The position numbers and the translations under genes are program-made. 64,000 nucleotides of DNA, from positions 124,001-188,000 of the forward strand of contig ADNK01000503.1 in the NCBI GenBank assembly GCA_000320545.1, given 5' to 3'. Shown piece by piece: positions 1-14,340 of this stretch. Every line of letters starts with the position of its first letter. The stretch's first letter is position 1. The stretch comes from Bigelowiella natans CCMP2755 (lineage: Eukaryota; Protista; Cercozoa). The notes beneath the pieces are model-generated. The model made no database searches, was not told the origin of the DNA, and saw nothing but the letters and a program-made list of their open reading frames with translations.

Positions 1-645
1 CGAAGAAGTTTGACTTCAAATCTTGGATCGATACGCTACCTAAACCAGTGCAAAAGGTTAAGTAGTGTTGCCGAATGTTGCGAGAAGAAGCAGCGGGAAC
101 AACGAGGATGATATTGCTAATAGTAGTGATGAGAATGAATATTTTGCGACAGTTTCTTCATGGCTCCTCCTCCTCCTCTTCCCCCTCCTTTGTATGCTTT
201 TGATTGATTGCGTTGCACAGGTGCTAATGGGGGCTGCGGTAGGAGCTTCGGTGATATAATCTAATCCTACCTTTACAATCATTATGTACACGCATGCAAT
301 GATGGTAAAGAGAATGATAATAATCATGGTGATGGTGGCAGTCTTTGCCCTTGATTGTTCGATACATATTTTCCTGGTTAACTGATCTATTTTTACACGA
401 TGTCTGTGTGTAGAATGTGGGTATTGACGACCTGGCCATCTTGACAGCTGAGGATATTTACGCATCAGATCCAAATGGTGATGAAAAAGAAGACGATGAG
501 ATTATTCCTTCTGATTCTTGTATGCGACGAATCGTTCCCTCCATTGTTTCTCCCTAACCCATCATTTTCTTGATTGATATAAATAGGTGTGGATGCAAAG
601 ACGGTCTCCAAGACGTTGTCGCTAATAAGACGATTGGTGAAGTAG

Positions 646-688
<43 letters not shown>

Positions 689-1370
689 AGATGATACCAA
701 AAAGCATCTCCAACTTCTCACTAAATACACCGATAACGACGTTCACATTCCAGAGCATATCGCAAGACAGAATTATTGTCAGGGTGTTTCCCTGTTACTA
801 TTTCCATCTTATTTTTACAATCTACTGTTCCTAATAGATGCGGCCTTCGTTTAATGGCCATCACCTTATTGTCTGAAAGCATCCTCATAATCATCTTCTT
901 CCAACAAACAAGGTGTTGGTGTATGGAGAGATATCCTCTCCCTCCTTGGCTAAGGGCAGCTACAGTGGATTTGACAATGATGACTACTACTACTACAACG
1001 ACGATGATGATGAAAATAAGAAAGTAGGCAGCAGCAACAACGATGCCGTATTTCCAGCAGGATCTTCTCGAATGAGTGGTGAGAAGTGGACATGCAATAG
1101 CTTGGTGTCTGTGGATTCAATGGAATATTATTCAAAAGACAAAGGCTTATCGTTTTCACGTTGATGTTGCATTGTTGTTGTTGTTGTCATTGGTGATTGT
1201 GATGATGACTATGATGATGATGATGATGGTGGGGGTGATGATGATGATGAAAGGAGGTCATACATTCTAAGATCGCTCATGATGATGATATTGTTGTTGT
1301 TGTTATCGTGGTTGTGAATCAATGCGTGGTAGGAGGCAAGAAGGTTTCACCAGAGCAGATTCTGCAAGTA

Positions 1371-1405
<35 letters not shown>

Positions 1406-1409
1406 CACA

Positions 1410-1449
<40 letters not shown>

Positions 1450-2217
1450 GGGAGGGGTAGGAGAGAAGGAGAACGAAGAGAGCGAGGGGGGGGAATAATG
1501 AGTGCAAAGCCAATTCAAAAGACGCGGGCATTATTGAGAGAGACACAGAAAAGTATCTCATATTACGGGTGAATAACGTTGATTGAGATCTTCCCATTTT
1601 CATCAATATTATCCTCGGTCCTCCTGCTTTTGACAATAATCGTCTCTCCTTCTTCTACTACTTCTTCTTCTTCATTTTCTCTAATTTTCTTCTTTTCCTT
1701 CTTAAATTATAATTATTGTTGTCATAATACCATAAGGTGGATACATTGGAAAGACTAGTAAAACGGTATTTATTCTCAAGGAACACTTTCTTTAGCATTA
1801 GCATGATCGAAGATGATAGCTCGTCCACCTCCACTATCATTGTCATCATCATCATCACAATCATCATTATCACGTATGAGGGCTGCTGCTGCTGCTGCTG
1901 CTGCTTGTTCTGATGTTACAGATGGATGGGGCGCAATCACAAATATAAATTTGAGCTAGGAAGGTAGGAACAAGAAGGCTTTTCTTCCAACCTATCATCA
2001 TCGACGTGGTCTCATCATCACTTGCAATGTATTCTCATCCTGAAGTACAATTTATATCCTCTGTGCTACCACCACTACTACTACAATACTACTACTACCT
2101 TTAGCATGGATGACGTCGAATTTGAGATGCTCAAAGCGGTATACTACCACTACGGAAAACATCGTTCTTTAAGAGAGTGTTCCTTGTTGTTAGAGCTCCG
2201 CTGACTGCTGCTGTTAT

Positions 2218-2251
<34 letters not shown>

Positions 2252-2473
2252 ACAAGCGGTGGTGTAAATTCATCAGGATCATGTAAAGGCGCGAGCTAGA
2301 TTGGAAGAGATACTATCCAAAAAACCGAAGTTTATCTGCATCAACGACGATATGGGGACTGGGCAAACTCCGACTATCACCAAGGTAACATCAAAATGCA
2401 CTCACTCTCAGGACCAAACACGTCATTCGGCTGCTTTCTTTCTTGCTTAATAGTGGTAATCGAGGATGGTGCT

Positions 2474-2511
<38 letters not shown>

Positions 2512-2607
2512 GCGGTATTTGAGACGCTTCTACGAGCTATACTATCCTGAACGTAAGAGAAAAACATCAGAAATTCACTGGGGATTGAAATGCAATGCCA
2601 GTACCTT

Positions 2608-2653
<46 letters not shown>

Positions 2654-2712
2654 TCTCTAAGTTCTTGATGATATGAAAGAAGAAATTCTACACATTGAAT
2701 TTAGCATAATTT

Positions 2713-2754
<42 letters not shown>

Positions 2755-3044
2755 TTTCCAAACCTTTTGTAAGATAAACGGTCACTTCTTCAATGTTCTT
2801 AGGCTGTCCATTCGAGCTGCCGGATGACCAGTCAAACACATATCTGTAATAAATGAGCGCACTATGTTTGTATGAAACGAGCAGCGACTACGATCCGCCG
2901 ATATTGAGAACACACACATACACACACAAAGAGAGAAAGAGAGAGATGAAAAAAATATGAGTGTGTGTGTGTGTGTGTGTGTTTGTATTTTGATTTTATC
3001 AGCTGCCATCTGTTATCAATACTGGTTAATATAACTCTCATCGT

Positions 3045-3081
<37 letters not shown>

Positions 3082-3165
3082 GCTAGGTATCTTTCGCAGC
3101 TCAAGCGTTTCCAGTGGATATGGAGTCTATCCATAGGAGCTGGGGTCTTCGTCGTTCTCATGGGG

Positions 3166-3197
<32 letters not shown>

Positions 3198-3405
3198 AAG
3201 AAATACTTGTGATACGACCCAGGGATAGTGATGATGATGATTACTCAATATTACACACGGTGTCAAGTATAGAAGTATACTTGTTCATGAATTGGAAATG
3301 TCCGATCATCGTTCCAAAAATGATGACAACAGATGTCAAAGACTGTTGATGTTACGGCATGTACGTATCCATGTACTTCCATTAATTCTGCTCGTTCCTC
3401 AATAA
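1..3405 (+). CDS. GNPTAB-like / Stealth-family hexose-1-phosphate transferase, 3' part (multi-exon, 5'-truncated)
   Basis: Exons from ~1920 to 3165 join to WMGRNHKYKFELGSMDDVEFEMLK-DHVKARARLEEILSKKPKFICINDDMG...RYLRRFYELYYPERCPFELPDDQSNTYLYLSQLKRFQWIWSLSIGAGVFVVLMG. This matches the GNPTAB C-terminus: Stealth CR4 KFxCxNDD, FYE..P..FELP, then a TM helix. Whether exons at 1-1900 belong to this gene, and the final exon, are less certain. Confidence 0.75.
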
Positions 3406-4649
3406 AACACACGATTGTGCATGCCTTCAGATCGCATTTGGGCTTTCAGTCATCGCGCCACAGGTTGCGACCACTGATCATCGTACGATTTGAAAGCTTC
3501 AAAATAGCTCGTGTTATGGCTATACCGATGCCTCATTGGAAGAGCTCCTATATAAGAAGCTTCGAAACATTGACCTCGTGCAACTTACTTTCACTTTTTC
3601 CCGCTCAATAAACCTAAAAAAGATCCTGTATTGCGAACGGTGTAGAGACTAACATTATGTTGTTTTTGATGTCAACTAGCAGCTTGATTTTCCATGTTTG
3701 GGAGATTTGATCTATAATCTAACTAATACAGGTGTTTCCCCGAACAACTAACGAGATTCGGCTTAGATTGCAGTCACTTTTCAGGATGATCATGCCCAGA
3801 AAACATGCAAAATAATTTTGCAAATGACCAAGAGCATTCCGCGGTGCGTATAGCGTTACTAATACGCTACAACGATATGATGCTAGCTAGTAAGTCTCTT
3901 CAAAGCACGAAGCGAGCACGATATATTCATGCATGGCATCACACCTGATCAATACGCTTGCAAGTTTATTTATTACACCAATGAGAAACCGTACGTACTA
4001 GATGGTATTGAACCGAACGACATGCATGCTGTCATGCGTAATAATGCAAGCTGTGCCAGCAGGATGCAGTGCGGTACACATCATGTAAGACAGCATTTAT
4101 TTGCATGATATATAGCGCGCGATCCTGACACCTGTCTACTGTGCCACAGTGATCTAGTGATGCCCATGCAATGCATGCTCGATCATCATTCTAGATTTGC
4201 ATCGAAGTCTGGTGTGCATTCAGACTACATGACGACGGCATATAAAGCTTTGCTACGGCTATATGTCATATATGTCTACTTTGTGCACAGTTTAGCGCTC
4301 CAAGGATAAGGCGCGCATTAGCAGTAGCATGAACGCTATTTTAGCAAATGATCTATATGAGGAAATTCGCATTGCTGCACTGCATTCCCCCCAATGTGCA
4401 AGTAAGCATATCTGATGTTGCGTCATCTGTTTATTCTCTCCCGAATATCGTTTTATAACAGGAAGTAACTTTAATTTTAGAAAAGTGCAAAGATGCGTAC
4501 GAAGGTCGTTAATTGCATGGGATATATGTGCATATTGATAATAGATGATAATCAAAAAATCACGCAAACAAATATAAATAAATAAGGCATGACTACATAC
4601 TGAAAATCATTCGGTAACTAAGTCACCTGAAGCTTTTGCACACACACAC

Positions 4650-4702
<53 letters not shown>

Positions 4703-4749
4703 AGTTTGCTAGGATAAGCATGATCTCCAATCATGGTCCGTAGTTCAGT

Positions 4750-5121
4750 TTATGTTGAAAGATTAGAGTGCATCAACCACTGCTGCCGTTTTGTTCTACA
4801 TGATGATAATAATAAGAAGAAGAAGAAGAAGGAGATATCTTCAGAAGAACATCGAGGTGTTGCATACGCGTGTAGTTAGCTCCCAATTTCACAACTTTTC
4901 ATCATCCATTCCCCTATTCTTCTCATATGTGTTGTGGAAATGCATCGTGTCTGCATCTTTTTAGTGCACGGAGGTATGATGAGGCATCAATAGCTAATTG
5001 TTTTGTCAGAGAATAAACGAAAGCAATGATACTACCTCGTTCACACGCTCTTCGGAGTTCATTTCATAAAACTGCTTCTTACTGGACACATTGCCTGTGT
5101 AAAATATAACATTTGTGTGCG

Positions 5122-5154
<33 letters not shown>

Positions 5155-5494
5155 TTGTATTGCTGCCACAAGAATCAACGATGAAAAAACCAGCAACTTA
5201 TAATAATAGCCAATTGCTTCAAAATCAAGATAATATGAATATTTTCTCGTCGTCATTCCAATTGATTATGCTGGAAGGATGCAAAAATACCTCTGCCCTT
5301 TATAATAGACGAGCGTCTACGGTTACGTTGCTTTCCTGAAAGGAGGAGGAAGAAGAAGAAGAAGAAGAAGAAGAAGAAGAGGGTTTGACGAGAGAATGAG
5401 GACAGGATAACGAAGGGTGACAAGAGAAAACTTTTGATAATTGGATAATATGCTCGGAACATTTTATCAGCAACATCTTTCATGTGAACCAGCA

Positions 5495-5544
<50 letters not shown>

Positions 5545-8044
5545 GTGTGAAGTTATATTGCGTACACACCCCAACTTCTTCTTGGTGCTGTATCATCTGT
5601 CTGGCCAATTCTTTGTCGTTTCTCTCCTGTAAAGATCGAGCCCACGAAAAGGCCAAGCTCCACCAGGAGCAGGGAGAATACCATCCACAATGCGACGATG
5701 AACATTTTGTAGTTGTTGCACATCTTATCATCAGAGTCGCTGTATGTGCAGTACTCATCCTTGCCTTCCCACTGAAGAAAAAAGATCATAATAAGAGAGA
5801 TAGCGAGAGAGAGGATCAGAGAGAGATTATAATCGCAGGCAGCAAAGATTATGATGAGTGCGAAACGAAAAAGCATCCAACAGCATTGCATTCATTTATT
5901 ATCACTTCTCCACAACATAGCAATAAAACTACGTGTCCAACACCATCTTCATCACAATATCTAGCTATCATCGTAGTCGCACCTCCAGAACGCTCACAGA
6001 TCCAGCAACAAAGGCCAAGACGATCATCAAGGCACAGACGAAGAAGTTCAGGAATGGCATGCTGCAATAGTAGACGTACAATTAACGGAAAGATTGCAAA
6101 TGTGATTGGCCAACTACTTCAAGGATATCGAGAGATAAGTGTATAAATGGTGGTTGATGCAGAGTTGAGACTATTCGTTGACTTACTCGAGGAATAGCCC
6201 GAGCTTCAGTTGCACGCAAAGAAGGGCGGAGTATAGAAATGTGAAGAAGAGAATCGTCGTTCCGAACCTCACATCAGATGCTACATGAAGGAAGAGAGAG
6301 AAAAAGAGAAAGAGAGAGAGAGAAATATTGCAAGGTTAGATAGGAATGAAGAAAGAGAAAGAGAGGATGTGGTTCGATTCTCACTTGCGAGCGGATTTTC
6401 TCCATCCTCCTCAAAGTTGTTGATAACAATTCCAGTGCCGAAACCTGAGTAGTTTGAAAAGTAGTTTTAACAAAGTATATGATACCACAGCACATCAGCG
6501 CACACGCGCAATTTACACATGAAACTAATAGTGAGATGTGAACTAGGGCTTAGAAGAAAGTACCAACGAGTGAGAAGAATCCCAGCACTGCATATCGGAC
6601 GAAAGGAAACCAATCCTGTCGTTGATAAGTTGTTGCAGCAGAGTAAGGCAGCAGCATTCAATGTCTTTATTAGATATCGAGAATAAGAGAGAGAAATCGT
6701 CATCTTCTACTCATCTACTACTATGCTGCTGCTGCTGCTGCTGCTACTGCGACTATACCAACCGACCGGCAACGACTTCCGGTAGCACCAGGATACCACG
6801 CCACAGGCCAGAATGAAAAGAATAGGAATTATGACTGCTGCACTCGCTGCTTGCTTGTCGTAGTCTTCCTTTGTCACTGAGTCGATACTTCCTCCCGCGA
6901 AGTTGCCCTAAGTGTGTTATCAAATATAACGATCATGATGATGATAATGAAGATGGTGATGATGATGCCAACCTGTAGATAACACAGAACTTCAATTAAT
7001 GGTAGTGAGTATATTCGCATTGTTGTTCCCATTTATCAATGGCTCTCTTCGTACAGTCGTCGTCATCATTATCATCATCATCATCATCACCAACAACATC
7101 ATCAACAGCAACCTGCTGGATCTGAACGTCTGCACACCCCATGTAGAAGCCATTTCCAGTCCTATAATATGACCAGAGAACATACATAGAAGAAAAATGA
7201 TAGAAGAGGGGAAGGAGAAAGTCTTTTATTCAAGAATAGGATAAAAGGCAGGAGGCAATCTCTCTTAGGAAAGACTGTGTTACGTGTAGTTCTTCATTAT
7301 TCGTCGTATCGTGTGATACTCACACTCCTTGCTGAGTTTCCCATGCCCATAGAACCACACAATTGCCTGCAGAGGAGAAGGAGGAGAAGGAGGAAATTAA
7401 TCAAGTATTCATTCTCTAATTCAAAACTTTGATTCTAAAGTAGCCCCCACCTCCTATACTAGTGATGCTACTAAATTGCTAGACTCCACGCACAATTCGA
7501 TGCGAATCGCGCATCTAGCGTACGAAAATAATAATGGTAATAATAACAATAACAATAATAGTGATGATAAGATACACACCTTCAAAGGATTCTGGGATGG
7601 TCACGGCGTTGTTCACAGTTAAAGCTATAGCACAGTACAACAGCAAGTAGATATCAATGCCCGCTGACTTATTATGTGATGTTGTTTGTTGTTGTCAATC
7701 AGCAAATCAGCATGGCCGTCGTACTTCCTGAAGTGGTGTTTGCGCATCCAGCATTGAAGTGCTGCGACAAGACATGACCGCTCTGGAAGAACGAATCTTG
7801 AGAACCTAGATATCAAGGAGGATGGAATTACAGCAAAACATTGAGTGCGGTTTATGATAAAGTAGCTTATTATTCTGGAAATGTAGCAGCCTTTCAGGAT
7901 ATAGTTCCCATCACCATCATTGTCATGCCAAAGTGATGATGGGTGTACATGATGACCTGCACCGCACTTGATCGCGATCGTTACACCGGTGTTTGCTCCC
8001 TGCGTAGGAGGGTAACGAAACAAGCTCAAATATATCAATATTAA

Positions 8045-8086
<42 letters not shown>

Positions 8087-8917
8087 TGTAGATTTGTGTC
8101 TGTACAAGTATTTATGGGACTTAATATCTAGGATACTATACCCGCCAAGTACTCGCCCCAACCAACAGCAGTAGGCGCATAGTTTATCAAAAGTGACGAC
8201 GTGCTTTGAGCATTACTTGTAATTCTATCTACTGTTAACAACTACTGTTCCCACTACTGCTACTGCTACTGCTACTACTACTACTATTACCGAGTCATCA
8301 GCCTGGGTGTGGGTTCCTGTGGTAGAGCACTCCCTATTATGTGGAGATAGGTCAGGGAAAATCGTTACATTTAACATTTAGTAGATAGGTCAATTAATAT
8401 CAGCTAAATTCCGCTCAATCGTTGATTCAGGTCAACATCCAAAAGATATTATTTTGAGAGAGAAAGAGGACTGAATGAAATGCTACCAATCCACCGTCAG
8501 GAAGCCACCTCGAGTAACCGCAGTAAGGGCCCCCTAAAAAATAAGAGCAGTATAGTATGTTCAAAAGCCGTGCTCCTCCTATAAAGTTGCTAGCATTGGA
8601 GTGCTTGCCACCATTCCCGCACCACCTGGCTCGTGTCATCGCAGGTTTCCAAAGTCTGACACATGGGAACCGTGCTCCCTACTCCACATCCTGGTGAGTG
8701 TTGTTGTTGTTTCAAATGTTGAATTGTGGTGATAATACATGTTTGGTTCAATCACTGTTTACTACAAACTGAAATCTTACGCAAATAATACCACCTTGGA
8801 TTCCGTTTGTTGGGGCAGCGTAAGAAGAGTATGTGTAGATTTTAGTGTTCTGAGTAAATAATTGAGTAGGGAACATGGGGAAGGAGGTAATCGTAATTTT
8901 AACGTTCAGAACCGAAT

Positions 8918-8955
<38 letters not shown>

Positions 8956-9255
8956 GATTATCGTTTTTCTGTATCTGTCTCTCTTGGTCCTTCCTATTTT
9001 GATAAACGTCATCCGTGCCATACTCGTCGATCATACGATTTATATCATTCAGATTATCATTACCCCGGTCCACTTTGCCTTTGTCCTTGCATTTGGACTC
9101 GTCAGCTTTGCGTCACCGAAAGCAACAGAAGCGCAATATAGCCTGCAGTGTTGTATTGGTGATGCTATAGATATTTGCTAATCTCTACACAAATGTACGC
9201 ATCCATTTTTTGTGTACCCTATCAACGAGGCTCGAAGGTAGGAAGCAGCAGTCAT
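4750..9255 (-). CDS. Secreted-leader multipass membrane protein with Cys-rich, LPMO-like extracellular domain (multi-exon)
   Basis: ATG at 9255 gives MTAASYLRASLIGLYCASVAFG|DAKLTSPNART. Later exons give GVTIAIKCG..DSFF, VTIPESFEGNCVVLWAWETQQGVTGNGFYMGCADVQI, then hydrophobic segments AAVIIPILFILACGVVSWCY, FVRYAVLGFFSLVGFG, FLNFFVCALMIVLAFVAGSVSV and MFIVALWMVFSLLLVELGLFVGSIF. The 3' end is approximate. Confidence 0.6.
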
Positions 9256-10685
9256 TGTCACTAGTTTTCGTGTCTGAATCAACGAAGATGCGTGAGGAGC
9301 TGTATGAGATCAATCTTTACCATCCAACTGACACTTTCATTACCAGCTTAATATTAGTCTTTGGAAAAGTTAATGGATCCCTTGCTTGAATGCCCTGTTG
9401 GGGGAGATATGCGCGAAGGGTTTTTGTTAGATGCAAGAGGTAGTGCAATAATGTCCTAATAGAGTTGCGAGTTCCAATCTCACCTTGCTAGTCCTCTATT
9501 GCTTGAACGATGATAATTCAGTCGTCGATGCACGATATGATGAAGCAAAGCAAGCTGTGTTATGTTACTTGCGGCTGCTCGCTTGTTATCTGTCAGAAAA
9601 TGATTGACAGCACCAGGAAATATTTACTCACATGTTTTTCGATAGATATAATTTATCAGAACATCATCCATCGTAGATTTGTATTATTTCTGATCCTATA
9701 TTTACGCAAGGATCATGATTGGCGGAGTTATTCGTTGTGATGTGCCCATCAAATAATTTTCTAATTTTAGCAGGTGGATTCGTGTAAAAAGATAGAAAAT
9801 GAAATACATTACAGTTGATTTTCATCAACACATCCTAACAAAACTACCATGGTCCTACAGTTCTAGGTCTAATTCGAAATGCGCGATATTTTCTGCGGCT
9901 GATAATCAAACTGGGGAGAAAACAGGCCATTTCATCGAGAATTTCACCAAAATCGTGAAAAAATGCTCATGTTCAATGGTCGGACAAATAGGTCTACCGC
10001 CACGCGTTAGAGTATGGTGACGTAACGTAGGGATTTGCCCGTCATCAGCAGCCGTTACAGTGCCACGTGCGCCATACGACCCTACTTAAGTCAAAGGGGC
10101 TTCTCAGCACGAAAATGCAGGCTCTTTCTTGATTCTATCTTTCGCATGTTTCGCGGTATGATATCTAATTTTGATAGGACGACATGCATTTGTTGGTGTT
10201 TCTGTTGGAAATTGGATCACGTTTAGGATGGAGATTGATGAACCTGGGTGATAAATACAATAAAAGGCATAAACCATCCCTACTCAATTCACTTTCTCCC
10301 CCCGATTGGAGGTAGGTTGAAGAGGAGGAGGGGAGGAGGAGGATGAGGAGGAAGAGGAGAAGAAGAATAAGATAGAAATATGCCGTAAATACTTGTAATA
10401 TTTTGTACTCAATTCTAAAGGTCTCCCCCTTGAAGTTCCAAATTTTGCCTGATGCGAAAAATCAGTTCTCTCGCAAAAACATTTTGCCTCAGAATTAGAG
10501 ATTCATTTAAACTTTGTGAATTACAAATCATTTTAATCATCGAGACTACCCTTTACCTCATCCAATGGAACTCTTTGATAAACATAGGTAATACAATTAA
10601 GAGAGCGGTCAAGACGCCGCTGATAAGCGCAATACAGATATTCGACGACTACGAATAAATATTGATTGAAGAGATAAAGATCAGA

Positions 10686-12958
10686 ATGAAGTCATACATC
10701 TTCCTAGTACTGGTCGCGTTCTTAGTCAACGCTGACCTGTACATGCACGCTCCGCCCGGGAACAATAACCGCAATCGTGAGAGGAAAAACAATCGAAACA
10801 ATGCCAACCGTCTTTTCGATTCACAGGTAGGAGATTTATGATGTTTTAATCTATAATTGTGCAGAGCTCAAACATTATATTTTCTTGGTGAGTGGACTAC
10901 ATTAGTTTTAATGTAGCATTGCAGTAGTATCATAAATGCTCCTCCTCACCACATCCACATAATGTCCTCAGAATAACGGCCAGGGAGGATACCCATACCG
11001 CGGTGATCCAAGGTAAGATGCTTTTCCTATGATGGCGATGATGATGATGATGATGATGGTGATGATGATGCTTCGCCGTAACGAGAAATGATTTTTAACG
11101 TTTAACTCTTCGCTAAGGATAATAATCATTCCACGCCATCTTTTCATTGAACATATGAGATTATTCTACTTCTTACCTCTTGCACTAGTTTGGTTGGAGA
11201 AGCCGATCCTGTGGTGTACTATCATGGCTCTTATCTCAACATCGAATGGACAAACCAGCATGCTTGTGGACCCAATCCAGACGTCCATTGCGAGGTTTGT
11301 AATGTGGCGCTTCCTTTGCATTTCCTTTCACATCATGAATGACAAGTGCTGACAATTAAATAATGTTGTTCTCAGCTTGTTATCCAGTTCGCTATTGACG
11401 CAGGAGACAACAACCAGTACACTTCAATGCCGGTAGGAATATAATGAGACGGAAACTGAAAGAACAGAGATAACGGGGAATGGGGAAACGGGCACATTTA
11501 TTATGTAGGAGATATTCTGCTGAACAAGAGAATTTAATATGCTGTAGGGATTAAGGGATGGATATCCAACCGGACACTGTACTGACACCCGAGGCAGCGC
11601 AAACGACAACGATGCCGCGGTAAGATCAATACTAAAAAATGATATGATGAGCATGGAGAGATCAAAGCGAGTCCTTTGAGTGATCTCCATTTGCAAGGAC
11701 ATTTGATGACAATGATATTAATTTTATTAGAGCTGTGAAGGTACAACCTGCGACGCTACATGCAATGCCACCCAGGTCGGCGCTTAAAATAGCAAACATC
11801 AAGAAGAAGAGGGCCCAATGCAGACGATGAGAATATAATCCTGTTGCACTAAAAGTCCGTTATAGGATTTGGCTGCCGATGTCTGCTTCTGCTGCTATCG
11901 TCTGATGATTGATTACAAATAATGTTGTTGGTTTTTTTCAAAGGCTGGGCACTGGGTTGCAAGGCAATTTCAGTCCGTGAACCAGAATAACAAGCAGCGT
12001 GCTGGAACAAACACTATCCCCGACCCTACGCAGCAAGGAAGCACGAATCTTGCAGGCAAAACTGCAGCTGAAAGAAACGCTTTCTACCGTGCCGCCTCCT
12101 CGACCGCTCGCGTCGAGAGAAACACAGGCACCTTGTGAGTACCTCAGTATATCATCATAACCCCTCATTCTCTTGATTTTCACCCTCCCACTTGGATGAC
12201 AAATGATTCGTATACTATACCACTACTCACGCACAACGATTTTGAGCCGCAAAATGCCCTATCTTATTCATCATTGTCTCCTCCATACTCCTCTTTAGTG
12301 ATTACGGTGTCGAATTTGGAATGCACGAGGATAACAAATGGTAGTGTTATTGCTGTTTTGTAGTGACTGTCACGATGCTCTTTCGGATAAACGTGCTTAT
12401 GAGAGTTTGTGTGCCTACACAAAGGTATGAGCGGTGCGCACACTCAGAGAGGAACAAAGGATTGTTTACTATCGACCAGCAACTGAACGTAAGAGGCCTC
12501 CACTAGCATAATCAATTACCTGTATATGCTGATAAAGGCCTCGCATCATCACCATCATCATCATCTCATTAATATCATCATTATATGCCCTTCCCCCCCA
12601 CAGAGAAACGATGCGCGCGCAACACGCCAGAATCCCAATGGCAACCGTCGTGGGCTTGAATGTCCTGAGGAAGCACATTACTATCCATACTGGACGCCTT
12701 CCCCTTGGTATGATATTGCAGTCTTGGTGTCGAACACTTCCTACTGCTCTTACTTTCAAGAAAATAGCCAAAACGTCGTTGCGTATGGGCAATGTTTGTG
12801 CCCCTTCCTCGATGCTGACGACATCCAAAGTGCACGTAACACTGCTGGGCACTTGTGCCCGATCGATAAGACCAAGTGCGAGCAATACGGGTACTGTACA
12901 ACAATCAATGACATACGCACACACGCAGAGAGAAAGAGGGGGGAAAAAGAATGTATAC

Positions 12959-13000
<42 letters not shown>

Positions 13001-14340
13001 AGTTATTAATGAGTGTGTGTGTGTGTGTGTGTGTGTTTGGACATGTTGATAGATACACGTGGCAAGAAGTTGCGGCGAAAACCAATGTTGCTCCTGACTG
13101 TCGGTACCATTCCTTCGGACGCGACAACCACCTTGGTAACACACTAGAGGTCGATGAGAATGGTGTCCCCATCACTCCGAAGAACGGCGAAGAGCCCAAG
13201 ACGGCGAAGTACCAATGGAAAGTGCCAGACTGGATCCCGAACGACTCCAAGCTCGTAATCCGTCTACGCTACAACATGTCAACGAATGACTACCCAAGCC
13301 ACCAGTTTGCAGAAGCAAGCGGTACTTTAGGAGTGGGAGTGGACGCCAATACCAACTGCCCTTGGTACTCAGGTAGTACAGCCTGCTCTGATGGTAACCC
13401 TGACTGTGCCACGGGAACTGGAGACAACAACGCCTTTTCATGTGGAACAGCTTTGACTGCAAATGCCATTCCCCTGTACAATCGGCCTTACGTGAACCTC
13501 TTCGATGAGCCAGCCACACGTTCATTCGCTTTATCGCTAGCCATCAACACTCATCAGACTGGTAGAACCTTCCAGGATCGATCCTACGTCTTCAAGGTGC
13601 AGAACAAACCTGCGAGTGTGCCGGCTGGAGCTACAATAACCAACCTTGGAGTAAGAGGACGACGGGGCAACATCGTGCAGTCGTATCCTGCTGTTGAGTA
13701 CGACTTCACTCCAACCATTTCCAAGTGCTCGCCTGGAGACTATCTGCATATCCAATTGCACGGCTCCGACTTCAACGCGCAACGTAACGCTAACAACGGT
13801 GAGGGGTGGGAGTACTCCGACCGGCACAACCTTGTCCAGATGTCTGAACGTGGAATGAACTACCCAATGCACCACTCCAAGTTCGACATGTTCTCAACAC
13901 TTGAGGAGCAACAGAAATGGGCCTGGGTTGGTCAGAAGCCTGCTCTGTGCGATACGAGCATTCAGGATGACAACAATGGCAATCAGAATAAATACCAAAA
14001 CTGTGGTAAGCTCAATATGGCTCCTAATCGTTTCCCTCTTAACCCTGAAGAAGGCCTGTACCGTTGCCACAGCAAGAGCACCTTCAATTATGCGTCCACG
14101 CGTAACAATAACTTCTCCAACCGGTCTCACAAAGCAGCCCTTGTAGGCAGTAACAAAGATGATGATGATGAGGAAGACAACACGGATGCAGCAGTCGTGG
14201 GTTCCATGGCAGCAGTGCTCGGAGTATCCCTTATCGGATTGGGCGCAGCTGTGTACATGAAATCAAAGGGCATTGCTTGCTTTGCAGCTGGTGCAAGCGC
14301 TGGAGGAGGTGGAGGAGGAGGAGTCGTCACTGCGATTTAG
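10686..14340 (+). CDS. DD3-3-like protein (signal peptide, C-terminal TM; multi-exon)
   Basis: Starts MKSYIFLVLVAFLVNA|DLYMHAPPGNNNRNRE..NANRLFDSQNNGQGGY. Contains EWTNQHACG, GMHE, ERNKGLFTIDQQL, TRQNPNGNRRGLECPEEAHYYPYWTPSPW, RTFQDRS, GVRGRRGNIVQSYPAVEYDF and STRNNNFSNRSHK, all characteristic of the Dictyostelium DD3-3 family. ORF 12526-14340 begins inside an intron and reads through another. Confidence 0.9.

Noticed and set aside
5484-6146. 220-aa plus-strand ORF
   Set aside because: It lies antisense to exons of the minus-strand membrane protein and starts in an (AT)n tract.
9340-9750. Additional coding exons upstream of the LPMO-like gene
   Set aside because: I could not join them in frame without stops; they are more likely 5' UTR.
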